Source of the DNA: Chthonomonadales bacterium
GTDB taxonomy: Bacteria; Armatimonadota; Chthonomonadetes; Chthonomonadales; CAJBBX01
Assembly (NCBI GenBank): GCA_037443035.1
Contig: JBBIPC010000035.1
Span: 1 to 20,325, forward strand
Length of the DNA: 20,325 bases
Direction of reading: 5' to 3'
In this document: in pieces, positions 1 through 7,565 of the stretch
How the letters are laid out: every line of letters starts with the position of its first letter
Numbering within the stretch: position 1 is the stretch's first letter
The notes under the pieces: generated by a model
The model's input: only the letters and a program-made list of their open reading frames with translations
Told to the model about the DNA's origin: nothing
The model's database searches: none
Position numbers and translations under genes: made by a program

Positions 1-45
1 AGCCATCGGGACTACTCAACCACCGCTCATGGCGCCGCGAGAAGC
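1..45 (-). repeat. Left copy of a 45-bp inverted repeat (REP-like palindromic intergenic element), truncated by the window edge
   Basis: Bases 1-45 (agccatcgggactactcaaccaccgctcatggcgccgcgagaagc) are the exact reverse complement of 20271-20315. The copy lies 5 bp past the stop codon of the minus-strand gene ending at 51. Confidence 0.95.
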
Positions 46-50
46 GGCGG

Positions 51-1229
51 CTACAGCCTCCGCCCATGGGTTCGGTAGTACTCCAGTCCTTCCCGTAACG
101 CGAGGAGGTTGGCCAGCGGGACGCCGGGGGTGATGCTGCTGGAGCCGCCGAGGAATAGGCCTGTGGGCGGACCGTTCTCGACGAGCCACCGGAGCTCCTG
201 CCGGATGTCATCCGGCGTACCCATCGGAAGCGTGCGGGTCACGGAGACACCCGCGATGATGAGAGGCGTTCGGCCGTCACGGGTTCGCATGCGGCAGATG
301 CGCGCGTAGTCCATGCCATCTTCGTACTGAAAGCCCTGGAACCCAGCCAGACCCACATCGAGCAAGCGTGGGACCATCTCCATGAGGTTGCCATCGCAGT
401 GCCAGATGAGCTGGACCCCAGCTCGGAGGAGCGGCTCCAGGCTTCGGGCGAAGTGCGGAAACCAGATCCGCTCGAGACTCTCCATGCTGACCAGCGTGCC
501 CCGCGAATCGGCCATGTCGAAGTCCAGCCTGTAGATGGGCGGCAGACCGCCTTCCTGATATGCCTTGGCCGCCGCACGGTTGTTCCGGATAGCCAAGTCG
601 GCCTGCAAGGCGAAATGCCGCTCCATCACATCAGGATAGAGAGCGTAGGCCGCGAAGTAGGCTGCGTAACCGTAGGCACCATAGGCGAAGACGGGGAACA
701 TGACGAAGCCGTAGCCCCCCTTGAGCATGGTGGGACCGATGCGCTCCTGCATGCCCGCTTCGTGGTGCAGGATCTCCGCCGCACATTGGCCTTCGTCGAA
801 CTCTGCTTCTGCACGCTGGAGGGCCGGAAAAGCATGGCGCTCCAGGTGTTCCACCACCGCTTCGGGGCCGTCAATGACGATGCCATCGAGCACGGGCGGC
901 CCTCCGCCGGTGGTGGCACCACGCTCGGCACCACAGTAGCCCTCGCTCCCCATGGTCAACGGATTGTCCCAGAGGTACTGGTCGAGCATGCATACGCCGA
1001 AGGCACGCTGCATGGTTAGATAGGTCGGTTCCGGTTCTCGGAGGTAGGCCCCCTCAGGCGCACCCGCAAGCCTGTCTATCATGGCATGTTCCATTACGTG
1101 GATGAGCCAGGTGGGAATGCCTTCGACGGCTTCTCGGCAGATCGTGTCCAGAGCGAGCCGAGCTGTGGAGGTCTCGGGATTGCGGAGCCACGCCAGGCCG
1201 GGTTGGGAGATCGTCGTTGGATCAACCAT
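51..1229 (-). CDS. Uroporphyrinogen decarboxylase (URO-D)/MtaA-CmuA-like superfamily protein
   Basis: 392-aa ORF. C-terminal motifs are typical of this TIM-barrel family: 'DMADSRGTLVS', 'LIWHCDGNLMEMVPRLLDVGLAGFQGFQ', 'IAGVSVTRTLPMGTPDDIRQE' and 'LFLGGSSSITPGVPLANL'. An AGGAAG SD-like sequence lies immediately upstream of the ATG. The N-terminal half is divergent. Confidence 0.8.
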   Translation of the reverse strand: MVDPTTISQPGLAWLRNPETSTARLALDTICREAVEGIPTWLIHVMEHAMIDRLAGAPEGAYLREPEPTYLTMQRAFGVCMLDQYLWDNPLTMGSEGYCGAERGATTGGGPPVLDGIVIDGPEAVVEHLERHAFPALQRAEAEFDEGQCAAEILHHEAGMQERIGPTMLKGGYGFVMFPVFAYGAYGYAAYFAAYALYPDVMERHFALQADLAIRNNRAAAKAYQEGGLPPIYRLDFDMADSRGTLVSMESLERIWFPHFARSLEPLLRAGVQLIWHCDGNLMEMVPRLLDVGLAGFQGFQYEDGMDYARICRMRTRDGRTPLIIAGVSVTRTLPMGTPDDIRQELRWLVENGPPTGLFLGGSSSITPGVPLANLLALREGLEYYRTHGRRL

Positions 1230-1348
1230 ACTTCCTACGTATTCGGCTGCTGCACGATCCTTCCTGTCAGCGATGGTGCAGTGCCGCGGGTATCCTCACC
1301 GAAGGACCGACTAGGTTCGAGCAGGAACAGCGAAGGGAACGCCTTGCC

Positions 1349-2263
1349 ATGGAAATACGCATGATACCAACCAGCCAGATCGTGGAAGATACGGGGCAAC
1401 CACGGACGCAGGCTTCCGCCGAGACCCTGGAGGAGCTGGCGGCGAGCATACGGCAGCACGGTATTCTCAACCCTATCACCGTCGTGCCGCTGCACAACGT
1501 CGGCATGTATCGAATCGTGACTGGTGAGCGCCGGTGGCGAGCCGCACAGATGGCTGGTCTGGTGGAGATTCCCTGCGTCGTGCGGGAGCTAGATGCCGAC
1601 GAGATCCGGGTCCAGCAGTTGATCGAGAACATGCAGCGAGAAGACCTGCAACCACTGGACCGGGCCAGGGGCATCGTAGCGCTGCAGGAACAGACCGGCG
1701 CTTCTGCAAGAGAAGTGGCGGCGATGCTCGGGCTTTCGGAGCGCATGGTGCGCAACCTCCTGGACCTGCTGGATCTGCCGCGAGACGTGGGAGAGCAGAT
1801 TGTGGCAAGCCCCAACAGGCCCGCAGACGGCAGGCTGACCGAGAAGCACGCGCGCGCCATCAAACAGCTCGCAGATGATCCGGACCTCCAGCGCAGAGTT
1901 GCCGAACGGGTACAGCGGGACCGTCTGAACACAGCCGAGACTGCGGCTATGGTCCGCGCCATGCGAGAGAGCCCCGAACTGTCGGAGGAGATCCTGACGG
2001 CTCCGCCCGAAGCCTTCGCAGGCTATCTCAAAGCGAAAGAGAGAGCGGCCGCAGAGAGGTCGAGAGCGGCCGAGGCGGAGCATCGCCGGGACGAGACCGT
2101 GGGAGTCGTCCAGGCATGCTCGACAGCCTTGAACGACATTCGGCCCGTAGGACTGGACAGGCAGGAACTGCTGGCACTCCGCGAGGCTCTCGGCGAGCTG
2201 CGCAGGGTACTGGAAGCTCTGGAACGTGAATGCGCCCTGGAGTTGGCTCCGTCTGGCGAGTAG
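1349..2263 (+). CDS. ParB/RepB/Spo0J family protein (ParB-like CTPase domain, HTH, coiled-coil C-terminus); orphan, no adjacent parA
   Basis: Motifs seen: 'QPR...LEELAASIRQHGILNPITV', the CTP-binding box 'YRIVTGERRWRAA', 'LIENMQREDL' and the HTH 'SAREVAAMLGLSERMVRNLL'. I moved the start from 1217, which overlaps the upstream gene, to the ATG at 1349 after GAAGGGA. Confidence 0.9.
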   Translation: MEIRMIPTSQIVEDTGQPRTQASAETLEELAASIRQHGILNPITVVPLHNVGMYRIVTGERRWRAAQMAGLVEIPCVVRELDADEIRVQQLIENMQREDLQPLDRARGIVALQEQTGASAREVAAMLGLSERMVRNLLDLLDLPRDVGEQIVASPNRPADGRLTEKHARAIKQLADDPDLQRRVAERVQRDRLNTAETAAMVRAMRESPELSEEILTAPPEAFAGYLKAKERAAAERSRAAEAEHRRDETVGVVQACSTALNDIRPVGLDRQELLALREALGELRRVLEALERECALELAPSGE

Positions 2264-3093
2264 GCTTCGCCAGGTCCACCCGGTGGCGCTGACCTTGGAT
2301 CCCAGATGAGGTCCGGTCCCGTCAGGATCGGGCTGGATCGTGTCTGCACGTGGCCATCCACGTATCCCATGACATAGGATGAGCGGGCCTGGTGGCGGCG
2401 GTCTACGATGTCCGGTCCGCCCCACGGATTCGCGCCTTGCGTGCGGGCATCGAACACCATAGCGACGCTCCTTGGCGCGACGATGACGCCCAAGGCGACG
2501 CCGTGGAGCCGTCCGTTGTAGGCGTAGGTCCTTGGATTACCCGCGGGTGCCGATGGGCAAACGAATACCTTCGGCTCCTTTGTGTAAGGAACAAGGTTAT
2601 CGGCCCAACGGTCTGTCGGGGGAAACTTCTCGTCGTAGTCTTGGGCGTACATGAGCATGCCGAGGCCGAGCTGTTTCACGTTACTCATGCAGGTGGTGGT
2701 ACGTGCTCTCTCTCGAGCCTGGCTGAACACGGGAAACAGGATGGCGGCAATGACAGGTATGAGCAGCACCCCGATACCAGAGAGTATCGTACCGGCGACG
2801 GCCATGCCCTGCCCTTGCAAGCGGTTTCCCGAACGGGCAATGGCCGAAAGCGCCATGATGCCCAAGATCAGACCGATGACAGAGAAGACAACGGGGAAGC
2901 AGATCAGACCGAGGATGCCGAGGATGAGCGACGCGATGGCCAGGCCGCTGGTTCGTGGAGGTTCCGGCGGCGCAGGTTGTTCTAGCTCTGTGTCGGCTCG
3001 CTGCTGAGCGTGAGATTCTCTTAGGTCGGCACCGCACCCCCCACAGAAGCCGGCACCTTCGGCGGCTTCTCGACCGCACCGGGGACATCGCAT
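2023..3093 (-). CDS. Zinc-ribbon + DUF4190 membrane domain + DUF1559/H-X9-DG prepilin-like domain protein; the last ~78 codons look like antisense read-through into parB
   Basis: Starts with CPRC..FCGGC. It then has 'TSGLAIASLILGILG...GQGMAVAG' (DUF4190-like), 'AAILFPVFSQARERARTTTCMSNVKQLGLGMLMYAQDYDEKFP' and 'RRHQARSSYVMGYVDGHV'. There is a strong SD (AGGGAGG) upstream. Family-like sequence fades near position 2265. Confidence 0.85.
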   Translation of the reverse strand: MRCPRCGREAAEGAGFCGGCGADLRESHAQQRADTELEQPAPPEPPRTSGLAIASLILGILGLICFPVVFSVIGLILGIMALSAIARSGNRLQGQGMAVAGTILSGIGVLLIPVIAAILFPVFSQARERARTTTCMSNVKQLGLGMLMYAQDYDEKFPPTDRWADNLVPYTKEPKVFVCPSAPAGNPRTYAYNGRLHGVALGVIVAPRSVAMVFDARTQGANPWGGPDIVDRRHQARSSYVMGYVDGHVQTRSSPILTGPDLIWDPRSAPPGGPGEAYSPDGANSRAHSRSRASSTLRSSPRASRSASSSCLSSPTGRMSFKAVEHAWTTPTVSSRRCSASAALDLSAAALSFALR

Positions 3094-3113
3094 GGCCAGT
3101 CACCCTCCCTTTG

Positions 3114-3128
3114 TAGGACTAGGTCCTA
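3114..3128. promoter_or_regulatory. Palindrome TAGGAC-tag-GTCCTA next to the SD of the 3093 gene; candidate operator or leader hairpin
   Basis: Perfect 6-bp arms around a 3-nt spacer. Further GTCCTA half-sites occur at 3143-3148 and 3166-3171. Confidence 0.35.
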
Positions 3129-3239
3129 TCGAGTTGTGCACTGTCCTACATGTCATCGGGGTGTCGTCCTATTGCTACCATGTGCAGCGGGCATGTATGC
3201 TGCGGACAGTGCACCGTATGGTGGTGCCTATGGTTTCTG

Positions 3240-3272
3240 GAAGCCCTGCCTCCGTATGAGGCGGGGCTTCTT
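3240..3272 (+). terminator. Strong 13-bp hairpin (terminator- or attenuator-like) upstream of the second URO-D gene
   Basis: gaagccctgcctc-cgtat-gaggcggggcttc, with one G-U pair, followed by 'ttacgtt'. The U-tract is weak. Confidence 0.45.
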
Positions 3273-3337
3273 ACGTTACCGTATGCAGAAGGATACGCCT
3301 TTCGCCGGAAAGAAACCTTCTTGGCGGGGGCAATGCC

Positions 3338-4366
3338 ATGACATCACGGGAACGCGTGCTCGCGGCCATATCGCGCCGACCGCCGGACCGGACGCCGCGG
3401 GACTTCTGGGCTGAGCCAGCCGCATGGAACCGGCTCTTCGGTTACGTTGGCCACACCGACGAAGCCAGGCTTCTCGACGATCTGGATATTGACATACGTC
3501 GTCTCAACGCCACCGAACCGGCAGCGAAGCTTGTCGCGCATGGGATTTACCAGAACATGTGGGGCGAACGCTTTGTCTACCGCGAGACCCCCTGGGGACC
3601 GGTGAGAGAGGACCTGCCCGGCGCACTCAGCGAAGCCCGTTGGCTCGAGGACATCCTGAACTTCCAGTGGCCTTCACCAGACTGGTTGGACTACAGCGCC
3701 ATTCCCGCGCAGTGCCGCCAAGCCGGGGAGCGTGCTATCCTCTACGGCTTCGCCGACGTGTGGCAACGGCCGGCCCTGGTCCGTGGCTGGTCGAGCTTCT
3801 TCCTGGACATGGTCGAGCGCCCGGATTGGGCGCATGCACTCTGTGAGCGGTTCACGAGCTTCTACCTGGAGGATTACACGCGAGCGCAACGGATAGCCAA
3901 GGGGCGCATCGATCTGTTCCTCCTTATCAGCGACCTCGGTTCCCAGAGGGGTCCACTGATCTCACGCGAGGTCTTCAGAGAGTTCGTCGCACCTTACATC
4001 AGCCAGATGGTCGTGCGCATTCATGAGCTGGGAGCGAAAGTCCTGTATCACTCGTGCGGCCTCGTACATCCTTTCATCGAGGATCTCATCGCTATTGGTG
4101 TGGACGTGCTGGATCCGATCCAGCCCGTTGCACCGGAGATGGCCCCTGAGCGGTTGAAAGCGGACTTCGGCGACCGGATCAGCTTCCACGGAGGGATCGA
4201 TACCCAATATCTGCTCCCCTCAGGTACCCCGGAGGAGGTTGCCGCAGAGGCGGAGCACTACTGCCGGGTGCTGGGAGCGGGAGGCGGTTACATCCTGGCG
4301 CCTGCACACCTGTTCCAACCGGACGTGCCGCCGGAGAACGTGCTCGCTGTCTACGGTATGGTCTAG
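3338..4366 (+). CDS. Uroporphyrinogen decarboxylase (URO-D)/MtaA-CmuA-like family protein
   Basis: Has the classic N-terminus 'MTSRERVLAAISRRPPDRTP'. Other motifs are 'RGWSSFFLDMVERP', 'SDLGSQRGPLIS', 'LYHSCG', 'GVDVLDPIQP', 'FHGGIDTQYLLPSGTPEEV' and 'GGGYILAPAH..QPDVPPENV'. Confidence 0.92.
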   Translation: MTSRERVLAAISRRPPDRTPRDFWAEPAAWNRLFGYVGHTDEARLLDDLDIDIRRLNATEPAAKLVAHGIYQNMWGERFVYRETPWGPVREDLPGALSEARWLEDILNFQWPSPDWLDYSAIPAQCRQAGERAILYGFADVWQRPALVRGWSSFFLDMVERPDWAHALCERFTSFYLEDYTRAQRIAKGRIDLFLLISDLGSQRGPLISREVFREFVAPYISQMVVRIHELGAKVLYHSCGLVHPFIEDLIAIGVDVLDPIQPVAPEMAPERLKADFGDRISFHGGIDTQYLLPSGTPEEVAAEAEHYCRVLGAGGGYILAPAHLFQPDVPPENVLAVYGMV

Positions 4367-4499
4367 CTGTCACAGCCGAAACTGTGCAGGACGAACTGGG
4401 CGCCGTCGTGCCTCCCGCATCGCGAATTCGGCGTGCCCGGAGCATTGTGCCATCCGCTCTCGTATTGGTGCCTACCTCATAACACTGGAGGTCCCCAAC

Positions 4500-7442
4500 A
4501 TGGACTTACGCACAGCCGCCGCGGCGGTCATCGGCGCTCTCGGCCTGACTGCGGCAGCCCCTGCTCAGACCGCTTCGGTTCGGCACGCGTCGCAACCCCT
4601 CGCATTCGAGAGGAACGCCGGCCAGACCGATCCGCGCGTTAAGTTTCTGGCCCGCCATCAGGGCGGCATCATCTTCCTTCGGGGCGCCGGCGCGACGCTC
4701 GCAGGCAAGGGCGGCGCCTTGACGGTTCGCTTTGTCGGCGCAAACCCGAAGGCCAAACCAGTCGCCGGCCGGCCCTTGCCCGGCAAGGTCAACTACTACA
4801 AGGGCAAGGACCCGAGCAGGTGGATTTCCGGGCTTTCGACCCACAGCCGGGTTCGGTTCGTTGACGTGTACCCCGGCATTGACGTGGTCTACTACGGACG
4901 GAAGGCGGGATCAGGCCGCAACGCCGGGCCGGACGTGCTGGAGTTTGACTGTGAAGTGCGTCCCGGAGCTGATCCGACGCGCATCAAACTGGCGTTTGAT
5001 CGCGCGGAGTCCGTTGGAATCGAGAACGGCGACCTCGTCGCGCGCGCCCCCGGCATGCAGGTGCGTCTGCGGCGTCCGGTCAGTTATCAGACTGTGTCAG
5101 GCGCGCGCGTGCCGGTTGCGAGCAAGTGGAAATTAGTAGGGACGCGAGCATCGGCAACCACACAGGCAGCGCTCAAGCTGGCGCGATACGACCGGACCCG
5201 ACCGCTCGTCGTTGACCCGGTCCTGTTCCTCTTTAGCACCCGCTTCGGCGGATCGTCAGACGATCGGCTGACAGCCGTGGCCGAAGTGCCGAGCAGCTAC
5301 GCCGAACCCGTCGTAACCGTAGGCGACACGATCTCGACCGACTTCCCCACGATGTCGCCGCGGCAGACTTACCACGCGGGCACGGACGTCGTAGTCACCA
5401 TATGGCAGTGGAATCTTCTTACGCCGGCGGTCTCGACATACGTCGGGGGCTCGCGTGACGAATCCGCAACGTGCGTCGCGATAGATGCCGACCGGAACGT
5501 CTTCGTCGGCGGTCACACTACCTCGCCGGATTTCCCAACGGCGAACGCCTCCCAAGCCTCCATTGGCGGCGGCCAGGATGCTTTCATCGCTCGGGTTGAC
5601 GCCTTCTCTGGTCAGGTCGCGTACAGCACGTTCTACGGCGGATCGGGCGATGAGACCGTCGCCGGGCTGGTGACCAACGCCGCATCCGCAACCATCGCCG
5701 GAACCACGACCTCGGCCGACCTGCCGGGCACTGCTCTCGGCTATCAATCCGGCCTCGCAGGCGGATCAGACGGCTTTGTGGTCAACTTGACGCCAAACGG
5801 CCAACTTGCGACCGCCACGTACTTCGGTGGAACCGGCAATGAGGTAGTGACCTGCATTGCGCGTCGTGAGACGGAGGTTGTCATCGCAGGATACGCGGGC
5901 GACGGCATACCGATTACGGGACTGGCTTTTCAGGCCGACTGGCTGGGCGGCCTGGACGGGTTTGTCGCCGGATTCCCTTCCGCGCTCACGGGACTGGCGT
6001 TCTCGTCTTACCTGGGCGGCTCCAGCGACGATAAGATAACGGCGATTTCGGTGGATGGGTCCGGCATCTGCGTTACGGGTGAGACGTTCTCCGACGACTT
6101 CCCGGTTACGGTGGATGCGTTTCAGATGGCACGCGCCGGTCTGGCGGATGCGTTCCTGTCGCGCTTCGAGGATGTAGCCGACTGGCTGAGTGTCTCGACG
6201 TTCCTCGGCGGAACCGGCGACGATGCCGGGACTGCCGTTGACGCACACCGCATGATCGTCGCCGGCTACACCACATCGGCCGATTTCCCAACCGTGAACG
6301 CGTTCCAGCCCGTTCCGGGTGGCGGCGAAGACGGCTTCATCACGGCCGTTTCCAGGGCAGTCGCCGGCCCTGACTACCTGCTCCATTCCTCGTACCTCGG
6401 CGGGTCCGGCGATGACAGGGTGCTGGGAATAACAGTGGACCTGTCGGGCGAAGTGCTGGCGGTCGGTTCCACCTCGAGCCCGGATTACCCTTCGGAGCGC
6501 GTTCCCGTTATGGGCAACACAGGATCGGGTGTGGACGGCTTCATGACGCTCGTGGCCTACGAGCACCTGGGCACAGGCGGTTACCTGAACTGGCCCGCGG
6601 GCGCGCCTGGGCTCTGGGTTGTTTTCGAGGCCGGCATAAGCGGTCCGAAGATACCGCTCGAGGGACGCACGATCGAGTTCAGCGTTGACGGCGTGCCCGT
6701 CGGATCGGCCGTAACCGACTACTACGGAACTGCGGTCTTGCCGTGGCTCATACCCGACACGATGCCCGTGGGCATGCACACGCTTAGAATGGACTACGCG
6801 GGCGAGGCAAACTACGACCCCGTGTGGATCGAGGTTCCCTTCGACGTTCAGGGCCCAACAAAAGACACCAAGCTCTACGTGCCATCCCGTTCGGGTACGA
6901 ATGGCCGCGCAGTGTACCTCCGCGGCTATCTGCTGGAGACCGTCGGCAACGTGCCCGTGCCGGGCGAGACCGTCGCATTCCGCGTTGACGGGTCACATGT
7001 GGGCTCGGCGGTGACAAGCGCCACCGGACGAGCGACACTCACGTATGTCCCGCAACTCAGCGAGGGCACATGGCCGCTCGAGGCGGAGTTCGCGGGAAGC
7101 GGCACACACTCGCCTTCGACGGGCTCGAGCACGATCGCCATACAGAAGGGGGACCTGCATCTCTGGACGTTCGGGCGCTCGGCGGCTCCGGGTTCGGTCT
7201 CGTATCTACGCTGCCTGGTGCGCCGGTATGACGACTTCGCGCCGGTTGACGGACGAGAGATACGCTTCAGCGTAGACGGCACGTTCATCGGCTCGGCGTG
7301 GTCCATCACATCCGGCTGGGCGCAGGCTGAGTGGCAGATACCGATGGGAACGGCGCCCGGACCCCATACCGTCACTGCGGAGTTCACGGGAGACACGCAG
7401 TTCAAGCCGGCGTCGGGAGCGGGGACGGTGAACGTCCTGTAG
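4500..7442 (+). CDS. Secreted SBBP (beta-propeller) repeat protein with three C-terminal Ig-like repeats
   Basis: ATG at 4500 follows GGAGG (4487-4491). The signal peptide is MDLRTAAAAVIGALGLTAAAPA. The N-terminal domain 'PLAFERNAGQTD...LPGKVNYY..VYPGIDVVYYG...YDRTRPLVVDP' is followed by repeated 'STYLGGS..D....IAVD....V.G.T.S.DFP' units, then three 'G..I.F.VDG..VGSA.T...G.A' repeats. Confidence 0.9.
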   Translation: MDLRTAAAAVIGALGLTAAAPAQTASVRHASQPLAFERNAGQTDPRVKFLARHQGGIIFLRGAGATLAGKGGALTVRFVGANPKAKPVAGRPLPGKVNYYKGKDPSRWISGLSTHSRVRFVDVYPGIDVVYYGRKAGSGRNAGPDVLEFDCEVRPGADPTRIKLAFDRAESVGIENGDLVARAPGMQVRLRRPVSYQTVSGARVPVASKWKLVGTRASATTQAALKLARYDRTRPLVVDPVLFLFSTRFGGSSDDRLTAVAEVPSSYAEPVVTVGDTISTDFPTMSPRQTYHAGTDVVVTIWQWNLLTPAVSTYVGGSRDESATCVAIDADRNVFVGGHTTSPDFPTANASQASIGGGQDAFIARVDAFSGQVAYSTFYGGSGDETVAGLVTNAASATIAGTTTSADLPGTALGYQSGLAGGSDGFVVNLTPNGQLATATYFGGTGNEVVTCIARRETEVVIAGYAGDGIPITGLAFQADWLGGLDGFVAGFPSALTGLAFSSYLGGSSDDKITAISVDGSGICVTGETFSDDFPVTVDAFQMARAGLADAFLSRFEDVADWLSVSTFLGGTGDDAGTAVDAHRMIVAGYTTSADFPTVNAFQPVPGGGEDGFITAVSRAVAGPDYLLHSSYLGGSGDDRVLGITVDLSGEVLAVGSTSSPDYPSERVPVMGNTGSGVDGFMTLVAYEHLGTGGYLNWPAGAPGLWVVFEAGISGPKIPLEGRTIEFSVDGVPVGSAVTDYYGTAVLPWLIPDTMPVGMHTLRMDYAGEANYDPVWIEVPFDVQGPTKDTKLYVPSRSGTNGRAVYLRGYLLETVGNVPVPGETVAFRVDGSHVGSAVTSATGRATLTYVPQLSEGTWPLEAEFAGSGTHSPSTGSSTIAIQKGDLHLWTFGRSAAPGSVSYLRCLVRRYDDFAPVDGREIRFSVDGTFIGSAWSITSGWAQAEWQIPMGTAPGPHTVTAEFTGDTQFKPASGAGTVNVL
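6663..7439 (+). repeat. Three tandem ~97-100-aa Ig-like domain repeats inside the SBBP gene
   Basis: GRTIEFSVDG (about 6663), GETVAFRVDG (about 6963) and GREIRFSVDG (about 7251). Each is followed by a G.H/W.L/V...F/Y.G segment. Confidence 0.75.
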
Positions 7443-7465
7443 GCATCCGGCCGACCTTCCGTTTG

Positions 7466-7495
7466 GCCCCCGCTGGTGACCGAATCAGCGGGGGC
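7466..7495. terminator. Intrinsic terminator-like hairpin between convergent genes
   Basis: gcccccgctggt-gaccga-atcagcgggggc forms a 12-bp stem with one G-U pair. It starts 24 bp after the SBBP stop and is followed by pyrimidine-rich ttcctctct. Confidence 0.7.
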
Positions 7496-7565
7496 TTCCT
7501 CTCTATGCATGTGCCCAGCTCGGCATGCTTCCATCCGTCAGCCTTCTCTGCTACCCGAGCTAGCC

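Noticed and set aside
1217..1348. Longer N-terminal extensions in the ORF track (parB from 1217; also starts at 4239, 8990, 14734 and 17757)
   Set aside because: Most overlap neighbouring genes and none has family-like sequence. Downstream ATGs have SD motifs and match the domain starts.
2041..2072. Direct repeat GAGAGCGGCCG at 21-nt spacing in parB
   Set aside because: It is a heptad-length repeat in an Ala/Glu/Arg coiled coil, which is ordinary low-complexity coding sequence.
2672..2687. parS-like sequence TGTTTCACGTTACTCA (13/16 match to TGTTTCACGTGAAACA) about 400 bp from the parB-like gene
   Set aside because: One half-site is broken, and the match coincides with the conserved coding motif SNVKQ of the prepilin-like gene, so protein constraint explains it.
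3136..3414. Small ORFs (92 aa and 63 aa) in the structured intergenic region as possible leader peptides
   Set aside because: They have no SD, atypical composition and no run of regulatory codons, and they overlap the next gene.
5240..6560. Periodic nucleotide similarity that could suggest a repeat array or CRISPR
   Set aside because: It reflects degenerate SBBP protein repeats within one ORF. There are no identical repeats with unique spacers and no cas genes.
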